From Phoronis australis (lineage: Eukaryota > Animalia > Phoronida), in the NCBI GenBank assembly GCA_002633005.1, contig NMRA01000452.1:96270-160269 (forward strand): 64,000 nt of DNA. The letters are read 5' to 3'. The translations under genes and the position numbers were made by a program. Below the pieces are notes generated by a model that was not told where the DNA came from, searched no databases, and saw nothing but the letters and a program-made list of their open reading frames with translations. Below, piece by piece: positions 62,916-64,000 of this stretch; position 1 is the stretch's first letter, and every line of letters begins with the position of its first letter.

Positions 62916-64000
62916 AGGAGAAGGCAACCTTTTTGCACGTTATTTTTAGTAACAAATACGGTTTGTTGATTATCCCTGACGTATGTTTCAGTTAGTTACA
63001 GCTTCCCGTAATTTTATTGATTAGTCGTGCTCAACTCTGGAAGTAACGTTTAGGGGGTTAAGAATTTCCCGCCATTTTGTTCCTGTGCTCGAGTTTAGTT
63101 TGAAGATCTGTTCCACTGTTGTTTTTGTGCTGGTTTCCTAAAACTCTCGTATTGTGCGACGAGCTAGGTTGTTAAACAACTCAATTACCTTGGACTTAGG
63201 GATTGTTTAGTTTGTAAGAGGCTGGAAATGACTGGAGTCGGGGACCCATATCACAGGCACAGCGATGGAGATATTGTTCATAGAAGTGGTGATGTGGAAT
63301 TTTTTTTCGCGAACAGTCAGTGGGTGGATATATGTTTAAGCCTCAGTAGTGAGGTAGACTACACACAGACAGCTATGAGAGGGATGAGGCAGAGAGAGGA
63401 TAGACGTGGTGGGATGTATTGGGGAATGTGCACGGTATGAACTGTTATTCCAAACTCAATGGAATGCCTATGCTGTTCTAACTGGATGGTGACCTGAGCA
63501 CCCAAACTGGTTACATCCTGCCGTGTGACTCTTTCGCCATGCACCTGGCACCTTCTGAATACCTTCCGTTCTTTAGTGAAGTCCACAATGATTTTATCAA
63601 AGTTTTTCTCACTGGGTGTCGAACTGGGCCTGTATTCATTCCCACTACTCAACATCGCTGCAGGGCTGCTTACAGGCTCTGGGCTGGACACAATGCCAGT
63701 ACATGGCAAATCATTGCTAGTTCCCGGAATTGCATGCTCTGGGGTACGTTCGGAGGCACTGCCTCCAGTCACTGTAGTGGCCACAACTCGCAAAGCTTCA
63801 AGCTTCAGAAATGCACTTCTCATGGGGTGGCGACAAGGCACTGCCCTGAATCAACAACGACAGTATGACACCCTTTTTCAGTCGTTGTTTTGCAGGAACC
63901 AGCATCAATTCCACATTCATCTCTCTTTTGTAAACTGACGCCAGAAAACGCTCGTTAGGTACTCGGTAATTCTCCTCTGATTTGTACATTTCGTCAACGG
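62916..64000. mobile_element. Internally deleted Kolobok DNA transposon, copy B, in the last eIF1 intron (runs past the window end)
   Basis: TTAA|AGGAGAAGGCAACC terminus. Plus strand 63228-63485: decayed KolX/P2X7-tail-like Cys motif (TVIPNSMECLCC). Minus strand 63480-63989: THAP end (QRLKKGVILSL), RSAFLK and FTKERK...RCQ...TSLGAQVTIQ transposase N-region. Confidence 0.8.

Noticed and set aside
63228-63485. P2X7 receptor or host THAP gene
   Set aside because: Stops and frameshifts, a transposon terminus and a second copy show it is Kolobok cargo.

Overview
Eukaryotic, intron-rich animal genomic DNA from a draft assembly (918-N gap at 20233-21150; single Ns at 6888, 12193 and 30062). Three host genes are supportable. 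(1) An intronless class A GPCR on the minus strand (959-1951). (2) A SETD2/Set2 H3K36 methyltransferase on the minus strand. I reconstructed 20 phase-consistent GT-AG coding exons from the ATG at 55367 down to the gap at 21151, about 3500 codons, including one 7051-nt exon. The C-terminal SRI exon(s) are not visible and probably lie in the gap. (3) A divergent eIF1/SUI1 gene on the plus strand, head-to-head with SETD2 (exons 59212-59369 and 62147-62278; first exon ambiguous; last exon not in the window). The rest is decayed transposons (LINE, BEL/Pao, two internally deleted Kolobok copies with KolX and THAP remnants, several MITEs) and minisatellites. The most interesting hypothesis is the SETD2/eIF1 divergent pair. 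The SETD2 leader carries up to three tiny uORFs. The eIF1 copy has either an AUG-less or a poor-context first exon, a GDQR->GDWR change, and a tandemly duplicated frameshifting splice acceptor. All gene models are manual reconstructions without transcript evidence.
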